A DNA stretch of 64,000 nucleotides, taken from Eledone cirrhosa (Eukaryota). The notes beneath the pieces were generated by a model that did not search any database, was not told where the DNA came from, and saw only the letters and a program-made list of their open reading frames with translations. The stretch lies in NCBI GenBank assembly GCA_964016885.1, contig OZ024744.1, forward strand, positions 84,134,001 to 84,198,000, given 5' to 3'. Shown here one piece after another: positions 1-11,200 of this stretch; position 1 is the first letter of the stretch; every line of letters begins with the position of its first letter. Both the position numbers and the translations under genes were made by a program.

Positions 1-1752
1 CTATCCATCCCATGGCAAGATCAGTGTGTCTCCTCCTGCAATTCCCCATTACCATCTTATCAATAAGTAACTGGTCCTTTGTACCACGTGACTTCTTTCG
101 GCATCCTTTCTGTTCGTCCGGTAACAAGTTGTTTGTGTGGAGGTGATGGTAGATTTCCTCAGACACAATGCTCGTCAACAGTCTTTCATTATCAGAACTG
201 TGGTACCTTTTGTCAACCACTCTGGCACCTCACCCGACACCAAGCAGTCATTGAACATGGCCGTCAGCTTCGGGTGGAGGGATGTTAAATGTTTAATCCA
301 ATACCCCTGCACACCATCTGGGCCTGGTGATTTCCAGTTGGTTAGTTTTTTGGCCTGCCCCTTAAGAGTTTCAACTGTGATACTCAAATCAGTTTGTTGT
401 TGTGCCTGCTCACCGATCTCCCTCTGTACTGTCTCAATCCACCCTGCCTGGGCATTGTGTCTAACATCCTGCTCCCATATTCCTCTCCAGAATGTTTTAG
501 TTTGCTCCGCCCCAGGGATCAAGTCGTTGCCTCTTTCTTTCCCCTCAAGCTGTCCAAACAGCATCTTCTGGTTGTTGTCGAACATGCGGTTCTGTTTATA
601 CTGACTGACTCTGTTCTCGTATCGCCTGATTTTTGCACTCTTTGCTACAACGCGTTGCTTCAGTTCCTCTATGATAATATTTAGCTTTTTCCTCCTAGTT
701 TTGTATTTTATTTCCAGCCTATTTTTAGTGCCTATGTTTTTTAGTGTCCCATTCAGTAGTGACTCAAGCTTTCCTATGTCATTTCTCATTTCCCCGATTT
801 GCCGACTCAGTCGCTTCTTCCACCACGGCTCTGCTCTTTCTTGTCTGTTGTTTCCTCTCGCTTTTATACCAAGTAGTTTCCTCACCGTATTTGCTGTTGC
901 TTTGAGGATATTGTTGCACTGGTGAAGGCTCCTCGCCTCAAGGTATGGGATGACTTTGTTTACCTTAGCTGTTGTTTCTTTTAACTTTTTCCTGTCTACA
1001 AATCTTAGGTTCATAGGCCTCCCACTATCATTGTTCAATTCATCTACCACTAAATTTAGGATGTCAACCGAATCTTGTCCTAGCCCGTCAGCATTCATCT
1101 CCTCAGTGGCCGTATCTCTGTTCCAGGTATTATTTATCTCAGTATTCAGATCATTGTCTGCTTCGGGTGGTTCCTCCGTTCTCAGGACCTCTTTACCTTC
1201 ATTTCCCACTGGCTCGCTTGTCTGGCATACTACACCCGCCATCTCCAAGCCATTCTCTCTGCTCAGTTCCTCCAGTTCCAGCTCGCTTATCCATCCATTA
1301 GTTCTTATTACCCGAGCCTGCCCGGCCAATTTTTGTTCATCTAATTTAAATAAACCAATCTCGTTCCAGATGTTATGCATCCGTCTCCTGTAGGCCCTCT
1401 CCTTGGGGTTACATTTCAGGTAACATTGCATTACAGTTCTATTCAATTCTTTCGTCCAGTTGGTTCTGGCCCCTTTCCTTCTTCTCCTTCCTCCAACATC
1501 AGCAGTATTTGGTTGACAGTCAGGTTCCTGCTGCTGAGCCAGGGGGCACCTGTTGGGTGAGAGTCTGTCACATGACGTTCTAGTCTCCATTTCACCGTTA
1601 TTCGAACTGTTTATGTTCGATATTTAAACACTCTTATCGAGGATTGGCGAATGTATGGTTACATATCCATCTGTGGATCCACCATTCCACTTGGCCCTTG
1701 TGTGGCATTATCACCACGCTGTATACGAACACACATAAACAAACAAACACAC
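1..1752 (-). mobile_element. R4/Dong-like RLE non-LTR retrotransposon, 5' half (runs off the window start), disrupted in RT
   Basis: ORF 175..1590 has an R4/Dong-type N-terminus (WTKELN..MQCY..YRRRMHNIW..EQKLAGQARVIRTNGW) and the RT start (NWKSPGPDG..YWIK). Bases 1..178 translate in another frame as [41 protein letters not shown]. The 5' end abuts (TAA)n on its own strand. Confidence 0.85.
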
Positions 1753-1775
1753 ATTATTATTATTATTATTATTAA

Positions 1776-1965
1776 GGGCGGTGGATTGGCAGTATCGGTA
1801 GAGGGTCGGACGCCATGCTTTCCAGCATAGTTACGTCCCTTTACCATCTGAGTTCAAATCCCGCCGAGGTTGACTTTGCCTTTCATCCTTACGTGGTCGA
1901 TAAAATAAAGTACCAGTAATGCACTGGTAATTGCTGGCCTTGTGCCTAAAGTAGAAACAATTATT
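1776..1965 (+). mobile_element. tRNA-derived SINE (family S1, octopus-type), full length
   Basis: A box TGGCAGTATCGG, B box GAGTTCAAATCC, body GCCTTTCATCCTTACG..GTCGATAAAATAAAGTACCAG and (ATT)n tail. About 16 related copies occur in the window. Confidence 0.9.
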
Positions 1966-1966
1966 A

Positions 1967-2016
<50 letters not shown>

Positions 2017-2237
2017 TGGACGCACATGTGTGAAGACAATACAATTCTGCAGGGGAAAAGGTTCGTAACTTTAAGCGTTTTTAAAGTTTTTTGTATTTTC
2101 TTGTCGTTAACGAAAATTAAGGTACACATCTTAATTTAAAGAGAGGGAAACCTCTCAATATTCGGGCTTTAAGCCCGAATATTCAGATTTATTTAAAAAA
2201 ACTTCTAAAAAAATCGCTTCCCCACTCCCCCAAAAAT

Positions 2238-4206
2238 ATGGAAATTTTCGACCTTGAAACGGTAAACAACGATCAGGTCAAAGGTTTAAAGGCAGCCACT
2301 GTATATTTCACCACGACTACGATGGCTACAGACATGCCTGTCATCCACTCTACTGAATGTGAAGGCAAAACTCAAAAGCTACCATCACAACCTTCTGTGA
2401 TAGCAGCAGTATCATCTGAAAACGACATCACCACCACCACCGCCACCACCACCACCACAACAACAACAACTCAAAGCAATAACGACAATAACACCGACAG
2501 CTTCAATGTAAACATGGATGGCGGTGGCAACAGCATCAACAAACAAAACAACAACAACAACAAAACAACACCAACAACAAAAGCAACAGAAGCACCACCA
2601 TTGCTGCAGCAGCAGCAAAAACAAAGCGCTTATTGAATATTGATATTGATATTAGCGATAAAGACGAACAGTTGGACCAAGCGTGGAGGCTAATTAAACG
2701 GGAGAAGTCCTGGGCAAACCTGACCATCCCGGACGGGGCAATAGCGGCCATGCAAAGGAGGACGGTGTACTTTCCATGCATTTCGGTGCAGACACGAAAA
2801 GTGGAACTTGCCAGCCAAGCAGAGGTCGAGGCTGCTTTGGAGTACATCGGAAGTAAAATAGAGTATAAAGCAAGAGCCAAACAGTTCGGTACCATCTCGG
2901 TACTGTTCAAAACCGAAGCCCTTGCTATTAAGCACTCGGTGACCACCTGCAGAACGGAACGCATTATCATGCATCCGTCCTACATGGGTAAAAGGACAGT
3001 AAAGGTCCGCATTACCAGCATCCCACCAGGAATGAACATATGGTGGCTGCTGGGATGCGTAATCGAGGAGGGGACAGACACTACCCTCCTGGATATCAAA
3101 AGGACAGAGAGAGAGAAGACTGGTCCGAAATGGATTTGGAGATTCTCCTCCAAATGAAACCGGAGGACATAAACAACATCCCGGGTTTTGCCCGCCTGCA
3201 GGACGGGACAACAATCCAACTAATCGTTGACGGAAGAAGGCCACGCTGCTTCGTCTGCAGGGAAGCAACGCATCTTTAAGCCTTCTGTCCTCAGCGCAAA
3301 AGGGCTGGAGGTCGCAAACCTCCTTTGTTGCCAACGAAGTGTCAGCACGGAAAGCTGCACCACCACTACCACCAAAAACAACACCAACAAAGAGACGGAC
3401 AACAACATCAAAAACAGCCGGATCACCACCAACACCAAAACCAATCCAAGGGGAAAACGAGGAAAGCTCTCCCACTCCCCCCACCCAATTATACACATAG
3501 ACAAAACAATAAACGCACACATAGACACAGAGACACCCACAGCCGCAGACCTTTTGTCTTCCAGCAGCGAAGATGATGAAAAACCCAAAAGTGCAGAAAG
3601 AAGCAGAGAAAACTCACCAAAAAAATCCCCAACAAAACACAAAAACATACACAACAAAAGATACAGACACCACTAACGCAAACACTTCCCCAATAACATC
3701 AGCACTAACAGCAACATCGACACCACCCCACAATCCCCGAACGCAAACAACCTAAACAAACACAAGTACAAATAAACACACAAATACCTGAAATTGCAGA
3801 CACCACACCTACAACAAACACAGACATACCCGAAAAAACACCACCAAAACAATCACCACCACAGTCACCAAAACGAAAACAAATAAAACCACACCAACAA
3901 AATGTTAAAAACTTCGTGCTTGTCAGAAGGGCCAACGATAAACTGATGGCCCTCTTAGCACGAAGAGAGGACATTCAAACAGAGGGGGAGATTTTTGAAA
4001 TGAGCATATTTTGCGTGCCAAAGGATTTGCTTCTGGTCCGAATGTCACTCAATTCCTTCAAAGAAATTCGAGAGAGCTTTCCTCAAGACGTGGGAACCCC
4101 GAATGTGAAACCCACATCGAGACTTTTAAAGGCGTTCCCAAAAGAAACCCCACCAACCATGAAGGTCGAACCATCCGACCTTCACAAGACTCCGAGAGGT
4201 AAGTAA
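2238..4206 (+). pseudogene. Tx1-A ORF1 (gag-like, CCHC zinc knuckle), frameshifted
   Basis: Fragmented ORFs 2238..2636, 2633..3157, 3040..3279 and 3916..4206. VDGRRPRCFVCREATHL*AFC is a CX2CX4HX4C knuckle with an in-frame stop. T/N-rich low-complexity tracts are present. Confidence 0.75.
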
Positions 4207-4235
4207 ACCTTCCCTCTCTTTTTAATCTTGCCAGC

Positions 4236-7200
4236 ATGGCCATATTAAGAGTAGGAAGTTTAAATGTTCGCGGCCTGGTGTCACCCTGGAAGCAGGGTCA
4301 CCTTCTCACGACCTCAGGTCGCTGGAAATGGATGTGATTGCCGTCAGCGAGACCAGAATTTCCGACACGCGCGCACTAGCCCCATTTTCGACGACTATCA
4401 GATCTTCGCATCTGTTAGCAGGCTGGGAATGGGGGTGGGGTGGCAGTGCTGTTTAGGAAAGGACTGGATCTCGAGGTAAGGTCGATCTTCCGGGACCCGG
4501 ACGGTAAGTTGGTGGTCTTGGATGTGAGCAGTAGCGAAGGTGGTGCCTTTAGACTGCTGGCCGTCTACGCCCCTACAGGCGCCGACGACCGGACTTCTTT
4601 AGGCGCCTGGAGACCTTTCTGGGCACGTCTCCCCCTTTACTGTTAGCGGGAGACTGGAATGGCATCTTAGACGCACGCTTGGATTGTGCAAAAGCCCCAA
4701 GCACCTACTCAGCCAGTTCCTTCTGTCTGACAGGTATCGACTAGATTTCTTCAATGTGCCAGTATGGAGCTGGACCAACCGAATGGGGTCATCTAGATCG
4801 TATATAGACAGGATCTTCATTAGGAAAATAGATAGAAATAGTGTAGGCTGCCCACTTTTTAAAACGGTCGCCTATTCAGATCAAAAATTTGTGATCTGTA
4901 CGGTCGACCTAGATAAAACGCGTAGGTTAGGACCGGGTTACTGGAAGCTGAACATGTCATTTCCGGCACGTAAGGCTTACAGGGACCGAGTCAACAATTT
5001 AGTTAACCAAAAGTTGACAGGGGGGGGGGGGTCATCAATAACAGATTGTGGGGGGCTCTCAAAAGAGAGATTAGAGTAACTTCGATAGAGTTCAGCAAAG
5101 TACTAGCGTTAGAGAAAAATAGAAAGGAGGGGGAGCTGGTAGATAAGTTAGACGAGGCTAATTCCAGTGGCATTGAAACTGACGTGCAAGAGGCAAGAAT
5201 GGCATTAGACCATTTCTTCAATGCGAAACAGGAAGGTTTACATTGTCAAAGCTAAGGAGCGTGCCCTGAGAAACGAGGGAACCTAAGCTGTTCGATGTGC
5301 CCGGGTGGGTGGGCGCAGCGTGGTAATAAAACCACAATTCGGTCTTTGGTGAACCGAGACGGACACGAGATAAGCGATTCCAAGCGGATGTGTGAAGCCT
5401 TTCGCCAGCACTTTGCTCGGTTGTTCGGGGAGAGTGGCGAGTCAGAGAGAGTAGCGGACTTCAGTCCCTACCTTGACTGCTTGCCGCGCATCTTGACGCT
5501 CGACGCTGACTGCTGCGAAAGATCAATTACGAAAGACCAATTCAGGACGCTCTTGTCGGCTGCATGAGACGCAAGTCACCCGGTTTGGATGGGCTGCCCT
5601 ACGAGCTTTACGTAAATATGCCAGACTTGTTCTCCGATCTCTACGAAGCACTCTACTGCAACTGGCAGCAGAATGGGAGTATTCCCAGTTCCGTGAACAG
5701 GGGAGTGGTGACGTTGATAAGGAAAGACGAGAACAAGAGGGATACATTAGACAACTTCAAGCCCATAACTCTGCTCAACCCAGATTTTAACATTTTGGCC
5801 AAGGTGCTAGCAAAGTGATTGGCGCTTGTCGTAGAGGATTTGGTTGGGGAGGCGCAAACTTGCGCAATACCAGCCAGGTCCATATACGACAATCTCCACC
5901 TCATGCGATACATCATAGAGAGGGTAGAGTGTAAACCTGGCTTCGGTGGGGCACTGATCAATTTAGATCAATCGAAAGCATTCGATAGGTTCGACCATCT
6001 ATATTTGGAGTTTGTCCTCAAAGCAGCTGGCTTCACCCTGTCTTCAGAAGCTGGATCGCTGCAATGCACAGCGGCACACGCTCGGTGGTCAAGGTTAATG
6101 GCCACCTCTTGGAACCATTTCGGCTCTCCTGATCGGTCCGTCAAGGGAGCCCTCTCTCTTCCCTTCTGTACGTATTGACTCTCGAGCCTTTACTGCGGAA
6201 GCTGGAGCTGTTGCAGGGCATCCCACTCGAACCGGGACGTGGAAAGGCGGTGTCGGCTTATGCGGACGACATCACCGTGATGGTGTCGAACACCTCAGAA
6301 ATCGAGGTGGTCGGCACCTTATTGAAGGAATATGAAAGGTTGACAGGAGCCAAACTTAACCCGGAAAAGTCGGTGGTCTTGCAGCTCGTAACCTGGAGAG
6401 GGAAGCCCATGCCGTCCAACAGCGTTGTGGGGCGCTGGACGGACAGACCGATTAAGTTGCTCGGGGTTCGGTTCGGACCAGACCTCCAGGTGGAAAAGAA
6501 TTGGGACGAGGTAACGAACAGAGTAGCCAGTCTCACCCAAAAATGGGCTGGGAGGAAGCTATCACTGAAAGGTCGCGCGGAGGTGGCAAATGCGTACATC
6601 GCGTCCGTCATCTACTACCGCCTGACCGTCGTGCCTTGCCCCCGTCCGCGCCTCATCAAGTTGGAATGGCTCCGCATCATATTCTTGTGGAGGGGACAAG
6701 TTCCGTTGGTGAGGTGGTCCATCTGCTGCCAGCACCCTCTACGAGGAGGGCTGGGCATGCCGTGGCTAATGATGCGCAGACATGCGTTGAGGCTGCGACA
6801 TCTCCAGATATTCTGCCTCAACGGTTAACAGGTGTGGTCGCCGTTTATCAGATGGGCCTTTCCGCAGCTCATTTCTTTGACTGAGCTGCAGTTCTGTGTC
6901 AAGAAGAGACCGAGACTGGGTGACTGGCACCTGGAATGTTGCCAGGTCCTCACTGCCCTCTACCAAGAGGGCAATGCGATCAGTGGAACTTCCACTCTCG
7001 AGTTCTATAGAGGATTAGTGGTGGGCAATTGCGATGACTCACTCGGAGAAGCTTTGCGCCTCGACGAAGTCGAACTGACCAGTCTGTACCGGAGTACTTT
7101 TGAGCCGGGGACGATGGACAATTTCCAGAAATCCCTCGCTTGGCAGTGCTACCGGGGGGCACTGCCGGTTCGGGATAAACTCTACAGGCACGGGAGTGCT

Positions 7201-7641
7201 GCCAGACGGACCTGCCCAAGATGCGCACAGAACGACGAAACCGTTCTGCACGCACTTGTCCAATGTCCGTGCATTACTGACTTGTGGAGTTATGTCGAAC
7301 AGCGACTGTCGCGTATGGAACGAACCCGGCTATCGGCCGAGTCCATAGTGAAGATCGATCCACCGCCTTCCTTAGGTCAGGAAGAGCAGGAAATTTTCCT
7401 CTGCCTGGTGGCAGTTGCGAAAGAGGTTATATGGTGGACCAGGTTGAAAGGACTAAAGACAGACACTTTTCTCTTCGGCCAATCCCTCATCAACTTCTTC
7501 AAGTTTCTCCTGGAAAGGAAGGTGAGGGTGGAGAGAGAAGTGCTGCACCCCCCACCCACCCCCAGTACATCTGCTAAAAGGTGGATGAATGTGGCAAGAA
7601 TGGTTCGTGTGAACGGGCCTACTCTGACCATGCACTTATAG
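4236..7641 (+). pseudogene. Tx1-A ORF2 (APE endonuclease + RT + C-terminal Zn finger), frameshifted
   Basis: GSLNVRG, VYAP, GDWNG, SYIDR, YSDQK (APE); PGLDGLP, FKPITLLN, LDQSKAFD, AYADD (RT); CPRC..ETVLHALVQC. Confidence 0.9.
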
Positions 7642-7902
7642 GCTAGCTAACTTGAGGAGAGGGGTGCTCTCCCTGGGTGCCCTAGAAGCGCAAGGAGGTT
7701 CAGGATGTGTGGGGTACCTGAGTCACCCTATTTGAGGAATTTATTTTATCAAATTTATGCATAGTTTATTTTATATTTTTTATATCTTCATTGTTAAATT
7801 AGTCTTGCCATTGTACACTTTTACTCGACCTTATTGTAAACCCCCACTGTCCCTGTCTTTGTATTGTCCCCACCACGTCGACCCTTGTGGCTAATAAATG
7901 AA

Positions 7903-7933
<31 letters not shown>

Positions 7934-8240
7934 CAATTGCATTTATCTTGCTTTATGTTCATACGAGTTATCACCAAGTCACAACCAGTGACCTCAAGAG
8001 ACAACAAGGTCTGCCATATTCAAAAAAGAACATACATACACACACATGCATCTTTAGGTGTTGTACTTATATTGACAGAATCTTCCTTAGTATATGGGCA
8101 GTTCCCATTAGTACTATCTTTTGTATTTCTCCTATACGCGGATTTCCTGGGATTTGCGATAAGTAATCATTAGATCCCTTAGGTATGATTCCTAGAGCGC
8201 CTACAACCACTGGTATTGTTTTAGTTCTCAATTTCCACAT
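7934..8240 (-). mobile_element. R4/Dong-like element 3' end (5'-truncated)
   Basis: 8240..8067 translates MWKLRTKTIPVVVGALGIIPKG..IQKIVLMGTAHILRKILSI*, a typical RLE C-terminus. It is followed by a short 3' UTR and has (TAA)n on both sides. Confidence 0.85.
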
Positions 8241-8262
8241 TATTATTATTATTGTTATTATT

Positions 8263-11200
8263 GAATGCTATGGTTGACGGAGGCTCGGCTCTGTAAGGTA
8301 TTGTAAATTTTGACCGCTATAACAGTTGTAAATTGTTTAAAATTTTAACCAAATTGTAGACAAAAACAACCTCCTCCTCGTGAGATGGGTCTTTCTGCCC
8401 GTTATTTGGCCCTTCGGGGTTAAATAACCGCTTATTGGGGTTTTATGCCCAATATTTATTTTAAACAAAAAAAAACATAACTACGAAAAAGAATTTTCAT
8501 AGGTCACTCCCACTCATTCCGTCTTCTTCTTGCTCAATCGTCACTACAGCAGAGAGAAGATTGTCTCTCTCCCTCCCTTCTCTAAATCTGTCTCTCTCAA
8601 GCGACGCCAGTAAAGAAAAATCACGTGCAAAGGGGGCAACATTTCTTCATGACGACGACGACAACGACGAAAAAGGTGTGCGGGAAATACGAAAACCCAT
8701 TTCATTCGTCTGACGTCATGAATAATAGCAGTAGCAGCCGTAATAACAGCAGCAGCAGCAACAGTGACAAGGAAAACAACAGTAGCAGCCGCAACAGCAT
8801 CAGCAGCAGCATAAACAACAACAGCATTAGCAGCAACAGCAACAACAGCAGCAGCAGCAACAACAACAACAACCACAGCAACAACGGCGGCGGCAGTAGT
8901 CGTAGTACCTGCAGCAACAACAAAAGTAACAGCAGCTCTGACGACAACAACAACAACAACAAGAAAGAAAAATCAATCTCGTTTGCAGGTATCGCAAAAA
9001 ACCTGGAAACCATCCTTATAACAAATGAGGAATTACAGGAAGCGAAGAAGATGGTGACGAAAACCGGACACCGAGCAATCTGCAAGGCAGCTGAAAAATT
9101 TTTCGAAACACAACAGCACTGTACGGTCACGTACCGTACAGTAAGCACAAAATCCCGTAGGGTTGAAAGAGCCACAGAGGCTCAAATACAAAAAACCTTA
9201 GGGTCTGTGTGGCAGCGGAAAACGCATATCACCCGAGGCAAGAAATATGCCACCGTAGACGTGCTTTTTGCCACACCCCAGGAGGCAAAGGCTCAATCCT
9301 TAGTGACACTAAGGAGCGAGGAAATGGTGTTGGTGCCCTCCTACTGCTGGCAAAAAATTGTGAGGGTCAAACTGACCCACGTCCGCCCCCGGGATGGCCC
9401 CTTCTTGGCTGGCCGCGTCTGTCTTCGTCGGAATTGAGGACAAAACAAATGTTCTGCAAGTACAGAATAAAGTAAGAGAAGATTGGGTCGGCACCTCCAT
9501 TGAGATGTTAACCAAACCAACCAGGAGTGTACCGTAGCTATCCCGGGTGTGATAGACTTCGATAACGGCACTCCTTCCGAAACCGGTTCCACTGCTACCA
9601 TCAACAGGACAGGCGGTAAGCAGGAAGGATAGGTCCGTGGCACCCATACCCACCCTAGGAAATCAAGAACAGCAGCAGCAGTGGAAGTATTAACAACAAC
9701 AACAGTAATACCAAATGCAGCTGCAACAGAGACTCCAGTGCAAACATCACCAACAACAACAAGTGAAAGAGTGGAGCTGGTACCCCTCCCCGACCTCACA
9801 GAATCAGACATGGGGTGTGAGGTGGGAGAGGGTTGGCAAAAGGTCGTAAGAAGGCACAAACGCAGAAGCAGCGCATCGTCGCCTTCGAAAAGGGAGGAAA
9901 GAAATGAAAAAAGGGTAAAGGCTACTGCAAAGATACTCACAGCAGCAACACCACCTTCAACACCACCACCACAAGCACCAACATCGCAAATACAACAACA
10001 AAACACACACACCCAGCAACAACGACAAGAAAATAGCTGAACCACACCCCACCCCCAGAAAAACAAATGCACGGCAATAAATACACACAACAAGAAACTA
10101 ATGACTTACATAATTGAACACACAGACATTTCACAGCACGACTACATAATACCAGCACCAATCAAAGCGCCAACGAACATAAGACTGGTAAAAATAGCAC
10201 AGAAACAATACACAAACATTAAAACGAAATTCCCCAACGCAGTTGGTGATTTCAGAGACCTAGGAGGGACTCTCAACCGGAGAGTATATTCGGACATACT
10301 CACAGAAGAGCCGACGACCAGCCGAAGGGACGATTCAACGGTCCCTTCACCAGACGATCAAGTGAAAAGGGATGGAGAAACCATCGTTCCTCTACGAAAA
10401 GTACGGTCAGTGGTCTTTCCCATCTTTTCCACTCCATTTTAAACAGGACCTCACTCAGAATAGGCAGCATAAATGCGCGTGGCTTGGGGTCGTCATGGAA
10501 GCAGGGTCACCTGCTCAACGACCTCAGGTCACTAAACATAGTGACGGCGGCTATGATGTGCACGCATCTCCCAGCCGTCCTGGATCCGGGGGGAAGGAGT
10601 TGCTGTGCTTTTTTGGAGAGGTTTGGATCTCGCCATACGGGCCATCTTCCTCGACCCAGGGAGTAAGTTGGTGGTGCTGGACGTGACCAGCGGAGACGGG
10701 AAAGCTTTCAGGCTAGTGGGTTCTATGCCCCGACAGGAGCAGGGTCGCCTGATTTCTTCCGGCGTCTGGAGAACTTTCTTGGAACGTCCCGCTCTTTAGT
10801 GTTAGTGGGCGACTGGAACGGGATCTTATATGCACGCTGGGACTGTGTGGGATTAGCGGATATGGGAGGAGGGTGCAAGAGCCTCACCAACCTGCTCAGG
10901 CGTTTTGAACTGTCTGACAGGTACCGATTGGATTTACCGAATGTGCCAATGTGGACTTGGACAAATCGCATAGGGTCATCACGATCATATCTAGATAGAG
11001 TATTTTGTAGAGAAATAGATAGGTCTAGCATAGGCTGTCTACAATTCAAGATAGTCAGCTACACGGACCACAAATTCGTGATCTGTGTACTTGACATAGA
11101 TAGGCTTCATAGACGAGGACCCGGCTACTGTAAGCTAAGCGCGTCCTTACCAGCGCGCAAGGCCTACAGAGACCGGATTAGCGAACTAGTTAAGCGGGCG

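Larger units (their letters stand above)
2017..7905 (+). mobile_element. Tx1-like (L1 group) non-LTR retrotransposon, family A, full length but decayed
   Basis: Has ORF1 and ORF2 remnants and a 3' UTR ending CCCTTGTGGCTAATAAATGAAATC(ATT)n. The 5' end abuts (ATT)n. Confidence 0.9.

Noticed and set aside
1590-1752. HDV-like ribozyme in the R4-like 5' UTR
   Set aside because: I could not fold a convincing nested double pseudoknot by eye.
1776-1866. tRNA gene
   Set aside because: The T-arm and anticodon arm do not fold canonically, and the sequence continues into a multicopy SINE body.
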